Positions 1-7,982 of a DNA stretch of 64,000 nt are shown here, piece after piece. Source of the DNA: a virus; IMG/VR virus record IMGVR_UViG_3300046542_000271, positions 32,001 to 96,000 of that record; one strand, written 5' to 3'. Every line of letters begins with the position of its first letter. Within the stretch, counting starts at the first letter, position 1. The notes under the pieces were generated by a model. It was not told the DNA's origin. It ran no database searches and worked only from the letters and a program-made list of their open reading frames with translations. Made by a program: the position numbers and the translations under genes.

Positions 1-882
1 CGGCTCCAATGGGGCGTTGAAATGGAAGTACAGATCACCAATGTAGCCCAGGCACTTGACTGGGTCGACGGTTACACGTACGAAGCGCTCGTACTGGATG
101 TTGTACTCGTCAGGGAGGTCGACAGTCGAACCCACAGCCTTCACAGTCGCGCCTGCCAGCGAGTAACGCTGGTTGGCTGTCATGGTCCAAGCGTGACCAG
201 TAATCGCCACCAGGGCCAGTCTGACGGCTTCCAGCTGCGCTGTACCCACCTGTACGGTGTCCAGGTTGGCGAATTGGGCAGAGAAGTCACGCCAGTACGA
301 GTAAACAGCGGCAAATGGCTTGGAGCTGTAGGTCGCTGGGTAATCGAAGGCACTGACGGTGACGTCGGTGAGGTAGTCCTTGAGCTGATAACCACCACGA
401 CGCATACCGACGGAGACGGTACCGATCCAGCCAAGGCTGGTAGGGTTGGCTTCCAGGGTGACGCTGATTGGGTTGTCGAGGTCTTTCTCCTCGGTAGTCA
501 GCGCACGCGAGACGATGTCGTCCGCGGTCAGGATCAGACCGTACTTCTTGTTAAGAGAAGCCACCACATCCATCGTGGTGTTGACCTCCATGACGTCTGC
601 CAGCAACGGGGTCTGACGGATCAACTCCTTCAAGTCCATCCGGTGGTAGTAGACGGTGACGGAGCCCTGGTACAGCGAGTACTGATCTTTCGCCGTGATC
701 AGCATCGAGGTATTGACTTTCTCGTCAATGGCCTTCTGCGCAGGCGTCAGCTCCTCAGGGAGGTCAAGGGGGTCGATAGCAGCAGGGGTACCGAAGAGGT
801 ATTGCTCCTCGACCAGGGCCAGACCGTTGAGTCGGTTGATGGACTCGAGGATCTGAGGAAACGTGGATTTATAAATAGCCAT
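1..882 (-). CDS. Virion structural protein, paralogous 'YxRLDL' family (3' end just outside window)
   Basis: Not in the ORF track. Hand translation from ATG at 882 gives MAIYKSTFPQILESINRLNG...YQGSVTVYYHRMDL...YQLKDYLTDVTVSAFDYP..., open to position 1, with the same motifs as its neighbours. Confidence 0.8.
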   Translation of the reverse strand, partial: MAIYKSTFPQILESINRLNGLALVEEQYLFGTPAAIDPLDLPEELTPAQKAIDEKVNTSMLITAKDQYSLYQGSVTVYYHRMDLKELIRQTPLLADVMEVNTTMDVVASLNKKYGLILTADDIVSRALTTEEKDLDNPISVTLEANPTSLGWIGTVSVGMRRGGYQLKDYLTDVTVSAFDYPATYSSKPFAAVYSYWRDFSAQFANLDTVQVGTAQLEAVRLALVAITGHAWTMTANQRYSLAGATVKAVGSTVDLPDEYNIQYERFVRVTVDPVKCLGYIGDLYFHFNAPLEP

Positions 883-890
883 GATTTACC

Positions 891-1784
891 TTAATCCTCT
901 TCAGGGACGATGATTTCGGTTTCGTTGTAGTGGAAGTAAGCGGTCCCTTCCTGTCTCCGTACGTACGGGTAATAAGGGTCGGCCACTTGTTGAATGATCA
1001 CGAACTCAAAGTCCTGACGGGCCTCAGGGCGATCCTTCGTCAAATACTGCGTGATCGTGTATCCCCATCCGGATGGCCAGGAGGTATACCCGAACAGGTT
1101 GCGCATCATGGTGGCAACCGCCGCCGAGTCAGAGAAGAACATCGGCAAGCGCGGGTTGAACCGGATGATCTCGCGGTATGGCGTGAAGTCTGTGCCATAG
1201 GTTGCCATGTTTACGGAATCTTTTACAGTAAACGGTGGAACGCCTGGACCGGGTTTCGGTGGTGCACGATACGTACGCCCCGCGTCCAGCATGGCATAGA
1301 GGTTTGGCTTCTTGACCACGTTAGCCAGGAAGATACGCCGGCGCGTGAAGCGGACAATGAAGTAACCCTGGTACGCCACACTCGAAGCTTTGGCTTCAAG
1401 CTTCAGGTTGGTGGTCTCGTCGAAGTCGAGCCAGCTGTAGTCAGCATCGAGGAAGTCGTCTTCTGACAACATGATGCCGAGGTGCTGAGACAGCCCTGGG
1501 AAGATCGAATAAAGGGTACCGCGACTCACCCCCTCGTATCGGGGAATGATGTCTCCAAACGCCTTGTTGAGGTCCATACGGGCATAGTTGACCGTCACGG
1601 TGCCTTGATAAGGGGAGAGGGGGCTGGAGATGGCTTTTGCGCGAGTATGAGTCGGGCCAGCCATGCCCACAAAAACAGGAGAGGTAAGCTTCAGATGGTC
1701 TGGCTCAATCGGAACCGGCAGCAGGGGAGACGCCGAAATCGCTTGAGCGAGGATATCTCTGCCAGGACCTGGGACCAGGATCAT
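891..1784 (-). CDS. Virion structural protein, same paralog family
   Basis: YQGTVTVNYARMDL motif; AAGGAG SD upstream. Confidence 0.75.
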   Translation of the reverse strand: MILVPGPGRDILAQAISASPLLPVPIEPDHLKLTSPVFVGMAGPTHTRAKAISSPLSPYQGTVTVNYARMDLNKAFGDIIPRYEGVSRGTLYSIFPGLSQHLGIMLSEDDFLDADYSWLDFDETTNLKLEAKASSVAYQGYFIVRFTRRRIFLANVVKKPNLYAMLDAGRTYRAPPKPGPGVPPFTVKDSVNMATYGTDFTPYREIIRFNPRLPMFFSDSAAVATMMRNLFGYTSWPSGWGYTITQYLTKDRPEARQDFEFVIIQQVADPYYPYVRRQEGTAYFHYNETEIIVPEED

Positions 1785-1822
1785 GAGATCGCTCCTTACA
1801 TGAACAAAAAAATAAACCAGGA

Positions 1823-1866
1823 TGACGCATAGCGAGAAGAGAACAAGTCTCCATCGCTATGCGTCA
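1823..1866 (-). terminator. GCATAG...CTATGC hairpin with downstream T-tract on minus strand
   Basis: tgacgcatagcga/tcgctatgcgtca inverted repeat; A-tract at about 1806-1817. Confidence 0.65.
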
Positions 1867-1877
1867 CGTCGAGCTAC

Positions 1878-2441
1878 TTACGGAGCTGGCTCTTCTGGAG
1901 GCGGCTCAGGGTAGTTCAGACCTTCCATCACTGGTTTGGTGATTACGGACGACAGAGGGATGTCATCAGCGGTCAGGGAGAGAGTCAACGACCCGATGAA
2001 TACCGGGCTGTCCGGGTTCATCTGGATGGTGATCTGCTTGGTTTCGTTCGGGGTACCTTCCCACGGACCGGCCTGCGTAACGATACTACCGTCGATGTAG
2101 TCATCTTCGGTGATGTTGGTACGCAGCTTGAGGTTGATCTCGGCCATCAGGTCCGAGAAGTTCTCAGCATCGCCGATACCCAGGGTCAGGGTTTCACCGA
2201 ACAGGAAGCCTTGGACGTCCAGACGGTTGTAGCCCAGGATCACTTGGCCGGTGTAACCCGAACCTGGCAGCGAGGTGACCGTCATGTCGGTGTTGTACAA
2301 CGCACCGGCAGTAGTAGTTACCGTTGGCAGGCCCAGCTCCACCAGGGTGTTATCGAGCGTGGTGCCGTTTTGCTCGTTGATGAGATCGAAGATGATCTCC
2401 TGAGGCAACTTGCTAAAATCACTGATGTGCTTAGCCATCAT
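1878..2441 (-). CDS. Virion structural protein, paralog family (single domain + C-terminal motif)
   Basis: DLINEQNG...YTGQVILGYNRLDV...IPLSSVITKPVMEGLNYP. Confidence 0.8.
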   Translation of the reverse strand: MMAKHISDFSKLPQEIIFDLINEQNGTTLDNTLVELGLPTVTTTAGALYNTDMTVTSLPGSGYTGQVILGYNRLDVQGFLFGETLTLGIGDAENFSDLMAEINLKLRTNITEDDYIDGSIVTQAGPWEGTPNETKQITIQMNPDSPVFIGSLTLSLTADDIPLSSVITKPVMEGLNYPEPPPEEPAP

Positions 2442-2482
2442 TGGTTCCTTCAGTAGTGAGGGTGTTCTACATAGGATCGAGC

Positions 2483-2977
2483 TTAAACGAGGCTAGTGTC
2501 CCGTTTAAGGTAGAGTCGTACAGACTCCGAATAGACCCTGGAGGTAGCTGATGCAAAGATCCGAACCAGGGTCCAGTCTTCGGCGTTCACCAACTTCGCA
2601 TTGAGGTCGATGTTGTCAACCGAGACCTCCTCAAGCTTGAGGTGCAAGGCAGCGTTAATGTACGTCAAATTCTCATAGAGGCTAGGACGCTTCCCGATCA
2701 CGACTCGAGGAATCTTTTCACACGCCGGGAGTAGTCGGCGCAATGGAACGCGGTTATAAAGGTAGGTCGCATTCCCTCGATAACGATCGCTCGTGGTGAT
2801 GGTCGCCACGATAGAGGTATCACGACCTTTATTAGCGTCGGCGCTCACAGCGGTTGGTGTACCCCACGACAGCTCCGAGGAGTTGATCGGGGCGTTCCCA
2901 TTCGAAAGCCGGATAATGTCCAGCATCAGACTGAGTTCTGGTTTGGTGTAATCGAATACGATAGCCACGGCGCTCAC
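2483..2977 (-). CDS. Virion structural protein, paralog family
   Basis: YRGNATYLYNRVPL; lacks the C-terminal motif. Confidence 0.7.
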   Translation of the reverse strand: MSAVAIVFDYTKPELSLMLDIIRLSNGNAPINSSELSWGTPTAVSADANKGRDTSIVATITTSDRYRGNATYLYNRVPLRRLLPACEKIPRVVIGKRPSLYENLTYINAALHLKLEEVSVDNIDLNAKLVNAEDWTLVRIFASATSRVYSESVRLYLKRDTSLV

Positions 2978-3504
2978 CTATTTGGCGGGTCTGGGTAATA
3001 GAGGCCGTCCAGCATGGTTTTAGTGATGATGTCCCTGAGCGGTATCTCTACTGGGTCAGTCGGGTCTTCCTCAGCAGCGAAGACATGAGTACCCACCCAG
3101 ATATACGACGACGCAAAGAACTTCACCGACCAGCCGGCATGTGTACGAGTCGCCAGCTGCACATGCGACAAGTCGAGCTCGACATTATAAGTGCTGGCGA
3201 AGTACACCGCAAGTTGCTGCGGTGTCTTCACTTCCTTTGGAATCAGGATCGTTGGATTACCCAACCCTTGAAGAAGGAGCTCTTGCGTCAACCGATTGTA
3301 ATAGAAGACTTGGTCTTTCTCGACCTTGTCGTGCACAGCGGTAGCCAGCACCACTGTGTTCATGCCATCGATGTCATCGGCCCTAGGTAGGGACAGCACC
3401 AGCGAACTCGCATCAAGCACGACATCGTAGCCTTCGATTACCTCCCTGTTCGTCGACACAATCATGTCGATTAGTTGCTGTTTCCCGTCCATATGTGTGT
3501 CCAT
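2974..3504 (-). CDS. Virion structural protein, paralog family
   Basis: GMNT...FYYNRL...IPLRDIITKTMLDGLYYP. Confidence 0.75.
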   Translation of the reverse strand: MDTHMDGKQQLIDMIVSTNREVIEGYDVVLDASSLVLSLPRADDIDGMNTVVLATAVHDKVEKDQVFYYNRLTQELLLQGLGNPTILIPKEVKTPQQLAVYFASTYNVELDLSHVQLATRTHAGWSVKFFASSYIWVGTHVFAAEEDPTDPVEIPLRDIITKTMLDGLYYPDPPNR

Positions 3505-3543
3505 GTGGAGTTAACCTGAGTCATAGGATGTTTTCGATTCAAC

Positions 3544-3572
3544 TTTTCTTGAGTCGTACATTCTACACTTGA
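3544..3572 (+). promoter_or_regulatory. Putative phage early promoter (TACAT-N8-TG)
   Basis: tttcttGAGTCGTACATtctacactTGA; one of five similar copies upstream of plus-strand units. Confidence 0.65.
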
Positions 3573-3645
3573 CAATGGCAATAAAAATATACACAGGCTA
3601 CTGATGTAATGTGTGTATCGCCTTTCACTATCTGAGGAATCAAAT

Positions 3646-3987
3646 ATGACTTCCGTATCAAGGGAATTACACGGGGTAAAAGTTCAGCTGGAACCAGCTG
3701 GCGAAACCACGAAACTCAATCGCCGCATCGGGAGCTGCACCATCCGGTTCGAGGACGAGACGCGGGATTACATCCGGGTGTATGGCAAGCTCGATGACAT
3801 CTGGACCCGTCCGGAACGTGTTACCTTCGAGAAAGACCTCCGTGCCATGTGCGCTGATCAAGAGATCATCGACGAACTCTTCCCTGGCAAGAAGCTGCAA
3901 TCCGTACGACGCTTCAACCCTTCTGAGTTTCTGATCAGTAAAGGCTGGCGTTGCCACGGTACCCAGGTCACCGCTTCACAACTGTAA
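3646..3987 (+). CDS. Hypothetical protein
   Basis: ORF with GAGGA SD, first gene after the promoter motif. Confidence 0.7.
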   Translation: MTSVSRELHGVKVQLEPAGETTKLNRRIGSCTIRFEDETRDYIRVYGKLDDIWTRPERVTFEKDLRAMCADQEIIDELFPGKKLQSVRRFNPSEFLISKGWRCHGTQVTASQL

Positions 3988-4038
3988 TAACTCTCGCAAT
4001 ATCCCAACTGATAAAGTTCGTCCGTGGAGGACACCAGC

Positions 4039-4584
4039 ATGACCGTATTCAAACTCGACAACCGTAAAGTAGTTGTATCGGAGAAAGGCGTTTCCAAAGT
4101 ACTCACTTCCCCTTTCGGTGTGAGCTACTCGGAAAAGACTGAACGCTTCTATGCGTGGGTCATCAACGATCAGGACCAGTGGTCTTCTCGTTCGTTTGGT
4201 GTCAACGCACATGGCGCAATCAACGCCTTCGAGTTGGCGGTTGAGGCTCGGGAAGATTCGCTGAACTTCTTGCTCAACCGCCGCATGCTGCCGCGCATCC
4301 GTCACTTGATGCGTAAGGTACCAGATCACGCTACCACGATCCGCCAGGTTGGGGATTTCTACATCGTACGTGATCCGTTGCGTAAGAACTATCACAAGTT
4401 CGCTACAAAGGAAGATGCACAAACCTTCAACATCGCTGTAACTGAGGAGTGGAAGCTGGAGTACAAGTTCGACAAGCTCTCCATGATCAAGATTGACTAC
4501 CAGCCTTACAAACGAACCGACGTCGTGGATAGCTTCACCCGTCAGTTCCGTAATGCGGCCCAGGAGATTGGAATCCGTCACTGA
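4039..4584 (+). CDS. AP2-domain DNA-binding protein
   Basis: GVSYSEKTERFYAWV...SRSFGVNAHGAINAFELAVEAR fits the AP2 pattern; GGAGG SD. Confidence 0.6.
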   Translation: MTVFKLDNRKVVVSEKGVSKVLTSPFGVSYSEKTERFYAWVINDQDQWSSRSFGVNAHGAINAFELAVEAREDSLNFLLNRRMLPRIRHLMRKVPDHATTIRQVGDFYIVRDPLRKNYHKFATKEDAQTFNIAVTEEWKLEYKFDKLSMIKIDYQPYKRTDVVDSFTRQFRNAAQEIGIRH

Positions 4585-4627
4585 TCCCCGTCTAACCCAA
4601 TCCCGTACTTACTAAGGAAGAACAAAC

Positions 4628-4798
4628 ATGCAGCGTTACCCTCATCTCGATATCGATACCTCTTACATCTACGGCAAACTGAACCGTCGTCGTAAGGCTT
4701 ACCGTCGTGAGCAACTCGCCAAGCGAGTCTGCCCTGTCGTGATCTTCGTCGCCACCATGGGCACCCTCGGCTATCTACTCGCCACGAGGTTGTTCTAA
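4628..4798 (+). CDS. Small membrane protein (56 aa)
   Basis: Hand-translated MQRYPHLD...VCPVVIFVATMGTLGYLLATRLF; AAGGA SD; TAATG overlap with next gene. Confidence 0.6.
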   Translation: MQRYPHLDIDTSYIYGKLNRRRKAYRREQLAKRVCPVVIFVATMGTLGYLLATRLF

Positions 4799-5010
4799 TG
4801 TCGAAGCGCAATCAAGACAAGGACATCATGGTCGCAGAGAGTAATACGATTCTCTGGCTCATTGGCGCAGTCTTCAGTGTCATGCTGCTCGTCAGTGTGA
4901 TCTACGAAGACCACCGTCCTGAGCCTGGCTGTGTTACGTTTGAACAGGCGTTGAAAGCCGGTGTGATGAGTTACCCAGACCCAGAAGCTACTGGCCAGAG
5001 TTGCGGCTAA
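4798..5010 (+). CDS. Small membrane protein (70 aa)
   Basis: Hydrophobic segment ILWLIGAVFSVMLLVSVIY. Confidence 0.6.
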   Translation: MSKRNQDKDIMVAESNTILWLIGAVFSVMLLVSVIYEDHRPEPGCVTFEQALKAGVMSYPDPEATGQSCG

Positions 5011-5047
5011 GGAATTACCAGAGAGGTGGGTATCCCACCTCTCGCCT

Positions 5048-5440
5048 ATGACTGAGGAGTCGAACATGTTGTACATTATAGCTGTCAGTAAGAAACACCG
5101 GATCAAGATCAGCGATGCTCAGGCGTTGTTCGATGGCGTGAAGGCGTTTGAAGGCATGCAACTCTCTGGCACTATCAGTGCTCGTGAGCTGGAAGTCGGC
5201 AAGTACTTTGGCAAGCTCTTCCAGATGGATGACGCTGTCAACGAATGCAACGATGTGCACCTGGTGATGTTGGGTGACTTCAAAGAGCACGAGCGTCTGG
5301 AGATGGGTCGATTCTTTACACCGATCGTCGAAGCGATGCCGGCTGAGGAATACGTCAACCTGTCCGGCGATGTGCTCCGCTATCAAGGTGGTCGTGCAGC
5401 ACTCGACCTGTTGATGCAATACATGAAACGTAAATCCTAA
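5048..5440 (+). CDS. Hypothetical protein (true start may be a few codons downstream)
   Basis: ORF within plus-strand operon. Confidence 0.65.
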   Translation: MTEESNMLYIIAVSKKHRIKISDAQALFDGVKAFEGMQLSGTISARELEVGKYFGKLFQMDDAVNECNDVHLVMLGDFKEHERLEMGRFFTPIVEAMPAEEYVNLSGDVLRYQGGRAALDLLMQYMKRKS

Positions 5441-5456
5441 GACCGTGGAGGTCAGT

Positions 5457-6116
5457 ATGACTGGTAGCAAACAAGATACTCCAATCCCGGAGAATCTGCT
5501 GTACACGCGTGAGCAACTCGAGAAAGGCATGAAGCCTGGTAACCGTCCAACGATCCCAGCGTGGCATCTGGTGGATGGCGTTATCAAGCTGACGTACTGG
5601 CATGCGATCAAGTACTACACCAAGGTACTGATTGCCGCTGAGAAGGCTCGCCTAGAGTGCACTCACGCACAAGCGGCGGACTGGGTGGAAGGTTATCACG
5701 ACTTCCGCAATCGTCGCCTGGAGGACGTCCTGAAGTACCTGCTGGATGTCTACCCTCCCCACATCGAAGGCGCAGACAGACTGCATCGTCAATGGGAGAT
5801 GGTTCGCAACCGGACGTCGGAGTGTCCTCAACCTCCAGCTGATGAGCCGTCTGGGATTGAGAACATAAAGCCTTACGTGATACCTTCCTCAGACGAGAGA
5901 TTGAAGCGGATGTGGCTCGAGGGTGTGATGGAAGGTAATCCGGAAGAGTTCTGGACCTACCTGCGTGACGTTAAAGCTGAATTCGCTGAAGGCTTCGAAC
6001 ACCTTCGGGAGTTACTGTCGAAAGGCGGTAGAGACGCTGGTCGGCTTGAGCGGATGAGTAATACCGTCAAGATGATGCATAACGACATCTCTGACTTCAT
6101 CGCCAAGTACAACTAA
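5457..6116 (+). CDS. Hypothetical protein
   Basis: GGAGG SD; ends at a terminator. Confidence 0.7.
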   Translation: MTGSKQDTPIPENLLYTREQLEKGMKPGNRPTIPAWHLVDGVIKLTYWHAIKYYTKVLIAAEKARLECTHAQAADWVEGYHDFRNRRLEDVLKYLLDVYPPHIEGADRLHRQWEMVRNRTSECPQPPADEPSGIENIKPYVIPSSDERLKRMWLEGVMEGNPEEFWTYLRDVKAEFAEGFEHLRELLSKGGRDAGRLERMSNTVKMMHNDISDFIAKYN

Positions 6117-6118
6117 CA

Positions 6119-6167
6119 GCATAGAGCCGGGGCGTAGTGCCCCGGCTCTATGCCCTTTCTTTTTTTT
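6119..6167 (+). terminator. Intrinsic terminator between convergent genes
   Basis: gcatagagccggggc-gtagt-gccccggctctatgc followed by a T-tract. Confidence 0.85.
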
Positions 6168-6169
6168 GC

Positions 6170-7336
6170 TTACGCAGCGCCGCGAGCGCCCAGGCAAGTG
6201 TCCACTTCGTGGATACCTGGATCCAGGATACGCTCTACTGGGCAAGCCAGCAGACGGGAAGCGATACCGATACCCACTTGCAGGGCATTGGCCATCTTCG
6301 ACGAGGCAGCCAGCTCAGCAGTCTGCTCAGGCGTGTACTTGTCGATCTTCTTGTCTTCGGCATCAGCGATCTGCTCGAGCATTTTCAGCTCGTTCTGACG
6401 CTTCTCCATGGTCTTGCAGTTGACATCCAACGCATTGACCATGGCAGCACGAGCGTGCAGCAGTTCACGCACTGGGACTTGGCTCGGGTCCTTAACATCG
6501 TAGGACTCGTGACCGCCGCCTTGTACAACCACCTGAGCACCGCTACGACCGATGAAGAACGTGGCATGTCCGCCGGACGGCAGAGTGACGTTCTCTTTGT
6601 GGTCGCCAACGGACTTGGCAATGCTGGAGATGCTGTCGCCTTCGAACTTGGTGAAGTCCAGGTGCAGCAGTTTCTCGAACGCTTGCTCAGCAGCGTGGGT
6701 CAGCTTCAGGGAAGCGCCAGCAACTGCGTCAGCGCCTTTGGCCACGTCAGCTGGGTTCTTGCCCAGTACGCCGATGCGCAGGACTTTACCAGCTTCATAG
6801 CCGATGCCAGCAGGAGCCTTGTCAGCGCCGACTTCAGTACCGCCGAACTTGTAACCAACTGCTTGAGCAGCGGCTTCCATTTTGGACTGGCCGAGTTTCA
6901 GGTGCTCGACGTGCTGTTTCTTCTTGCCGAACCAGCTGGCGAACTTGGCTTTCAGTTTAGCCCACAGGCCTTTGATGAAAGCCCAGATGCGCTTGAGGAC
7001 GCCCTTCTTCTTCGATACCTTGGCTTCGGCTTCGGAGCCGGTAGCCACAACCAGAGCCTGGCTGGATTCAAACGAAGGTACAACAGCAGCCAGAGGGATC
7101 TCGACTTCTGCGGTGGTAAAGATCGATTCGATCGCTACCTGGTACGCTTCGTTGGACAGGGTCTCTGGATCCAGCTGCTCGATCGCAGTAGCCATGGCTA
7201 CGGAACGGCCCAGCTGGGCGAGGTCTTCACGCATGGCGGATTCGAAAGAAGCCATCTCCAGCGGGTCGTAGGCTTCAACAGACACTTCAGGTTCTGCGAA
7301 GTGTTGGCTGATGTGTTGCTGCAACAGATCGTTCAT
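6170..7336 (-). CDS. Probable internal head (ejection/inner-body) protein with cleavable propeptide
   Basis: Acidic N-terminus with repeated S/A-x-E sites (SVE, SFE, AIE, SFE) followed by the amphipathic KRIWAFIKGLWAKLK segment typical of phiKZ internal head paralogs. Confidence 0.65.
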   Translation of the reverse strand: MNDLLQQHISQHFAEPEVSVEAYDPLEMASFESAMREDLAQLGRSVAMATAIEQLDPETLSNEAYQVAIESIFTTAEVEIPLAAVVPSFESSQALVVATGSEAEAKVSKKKGVLKRIWAFIKGLWAKLKAKFASWFGKKKQHVEHLKLGQSKMEAAAQAVGYKFGGTEVGADKAPAGIGYEAGKVLRIGVLGKNPADVAKGADAVAGASLKLTHAAEQAFEKLLHLDFTKFEGDSISSIAKSVGDHKENVTLPSGGHATFFIGRSGAQVVVQGGGHESYDVKDPSQVPVRELLHARAAMVNALDVNCKTMEKRQNELKMLEQIADAEDKKIDKYTPEQTAELAASSKMANALQVGIGIASRLLACPVERILDPGIHEVDTCLGARGAA

Positions 7337-7384
7337 GACGCAATCCTTTATACGGGGTGAGTTAACTCATATTAAAACGTATCT

Positions 7385-7416
7385 AAAAATCTTTCAGTCA
7401 TACATAGTCAGCATGA
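7385..7416 (+). promoter_or_regulatory. Putative phage early promoter
   Basis: aaaaatctttCAGTCATACATagtcagcaTGA. Confidence 0.7.
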
Positions 7417-7450
7417 ACAATCCCACTAAAGCATTGCAGGAGTATGACAT

Positions 7451-7651
7451 ATGAGTATCGGCAACGTAGTTAAAGTCGGCATCGCCGCATTCGCCGCTGT
7501 TAAGCTGGCTACCTGGTCCTACACGGCCTGCCGTGACATTAGCCGGGTTCGTGAGAAGTTGGCGTTCCTCGATGCCAATGGCGTCACTCTGGAACAAACT
7601 ATCTTCGCAACCGAAGCTGACCTTGACAAACTGATGGGAGAAGTAAAATGA
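7451..7651 (+). CDS. Small protein with hydrophobic N-terminal helix
   Basis: AGGAG SD; VVKVGIAAFAAVKLATWSY. Confidence 0.65.
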   Translation: MSIGNVVKVGIAAFAAVKLATWSYTACRDISRVREKLAFLDANGVTLEQTIFATEADLDKLMGEVK

Positions 7652-7776
7652 GCGCACTGAAATTGGTAGGTCTGGTTCTGGTAGCTGGTTGGGCAGCTGG
7701 CACTATCGGCGGTATGGTCGGTAAGCGCCAGGGCGAGAAAGAAGTCAACGCAGTCAAGAAAGGGGAAGCAAAATGA
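7648..7776 (+). CDS. Membrane microprotein (42 aa)
   Basis: Hand-translated MSALKLVGLVLVAGWAAGTIGGMVGKRQGEKEVNAVKKGEAK; ATGA overlap; GGGAG SD. Confidence 0.6.
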   Translation: MSALKLVGLVLVAGWAAGTIGGMVGKRQGEKEVNAVKKGEAK

Positions 7777-7922
7777 AAGAAGTTACTCTGCTGTTCGTAG
7801 GCATCGGTATCGGTTACCTGTACTGCAAAGCACGGGCTGAAGCAGCCGCTAACAAGAAGTTGGAAGCAGCCGCCACCTGCACGCGATGCGGTGGTAATGG
7901 AAAGGAACCTGCGGCCAGTTAA
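7773..7922 (+). CDS. Membrane microprotein (49 aa) with CxxCxGxG
   Basis: Hand-translated MKEVTLLFVGIGIGYLYCKARAEAAANKKLEAAATCTRCGGNGKEPAAS; ATGA overlap; AGGGG SD. Confidence 0.6.
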   Translation: MKEVTLLFVGIGIGYLYCKARAEAAANKKLEAAATCTRCGGNGKEPAAS

Positions 7923-7930
7923 GGTTCGCA

Positions 7931-7978
7931 GCATAAATGGAGGAGCGCAGGCTCCTCCAAATGTGCCTTTCTTTTTTT
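7931..7978 (+). terminator. Intrinsic terminator
   Basis: gcata...tggaggagc-gcag-gctcctcca followed by a T-tract. Confidence 0.8.
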
Positions 7979-7982
7979 GTGT

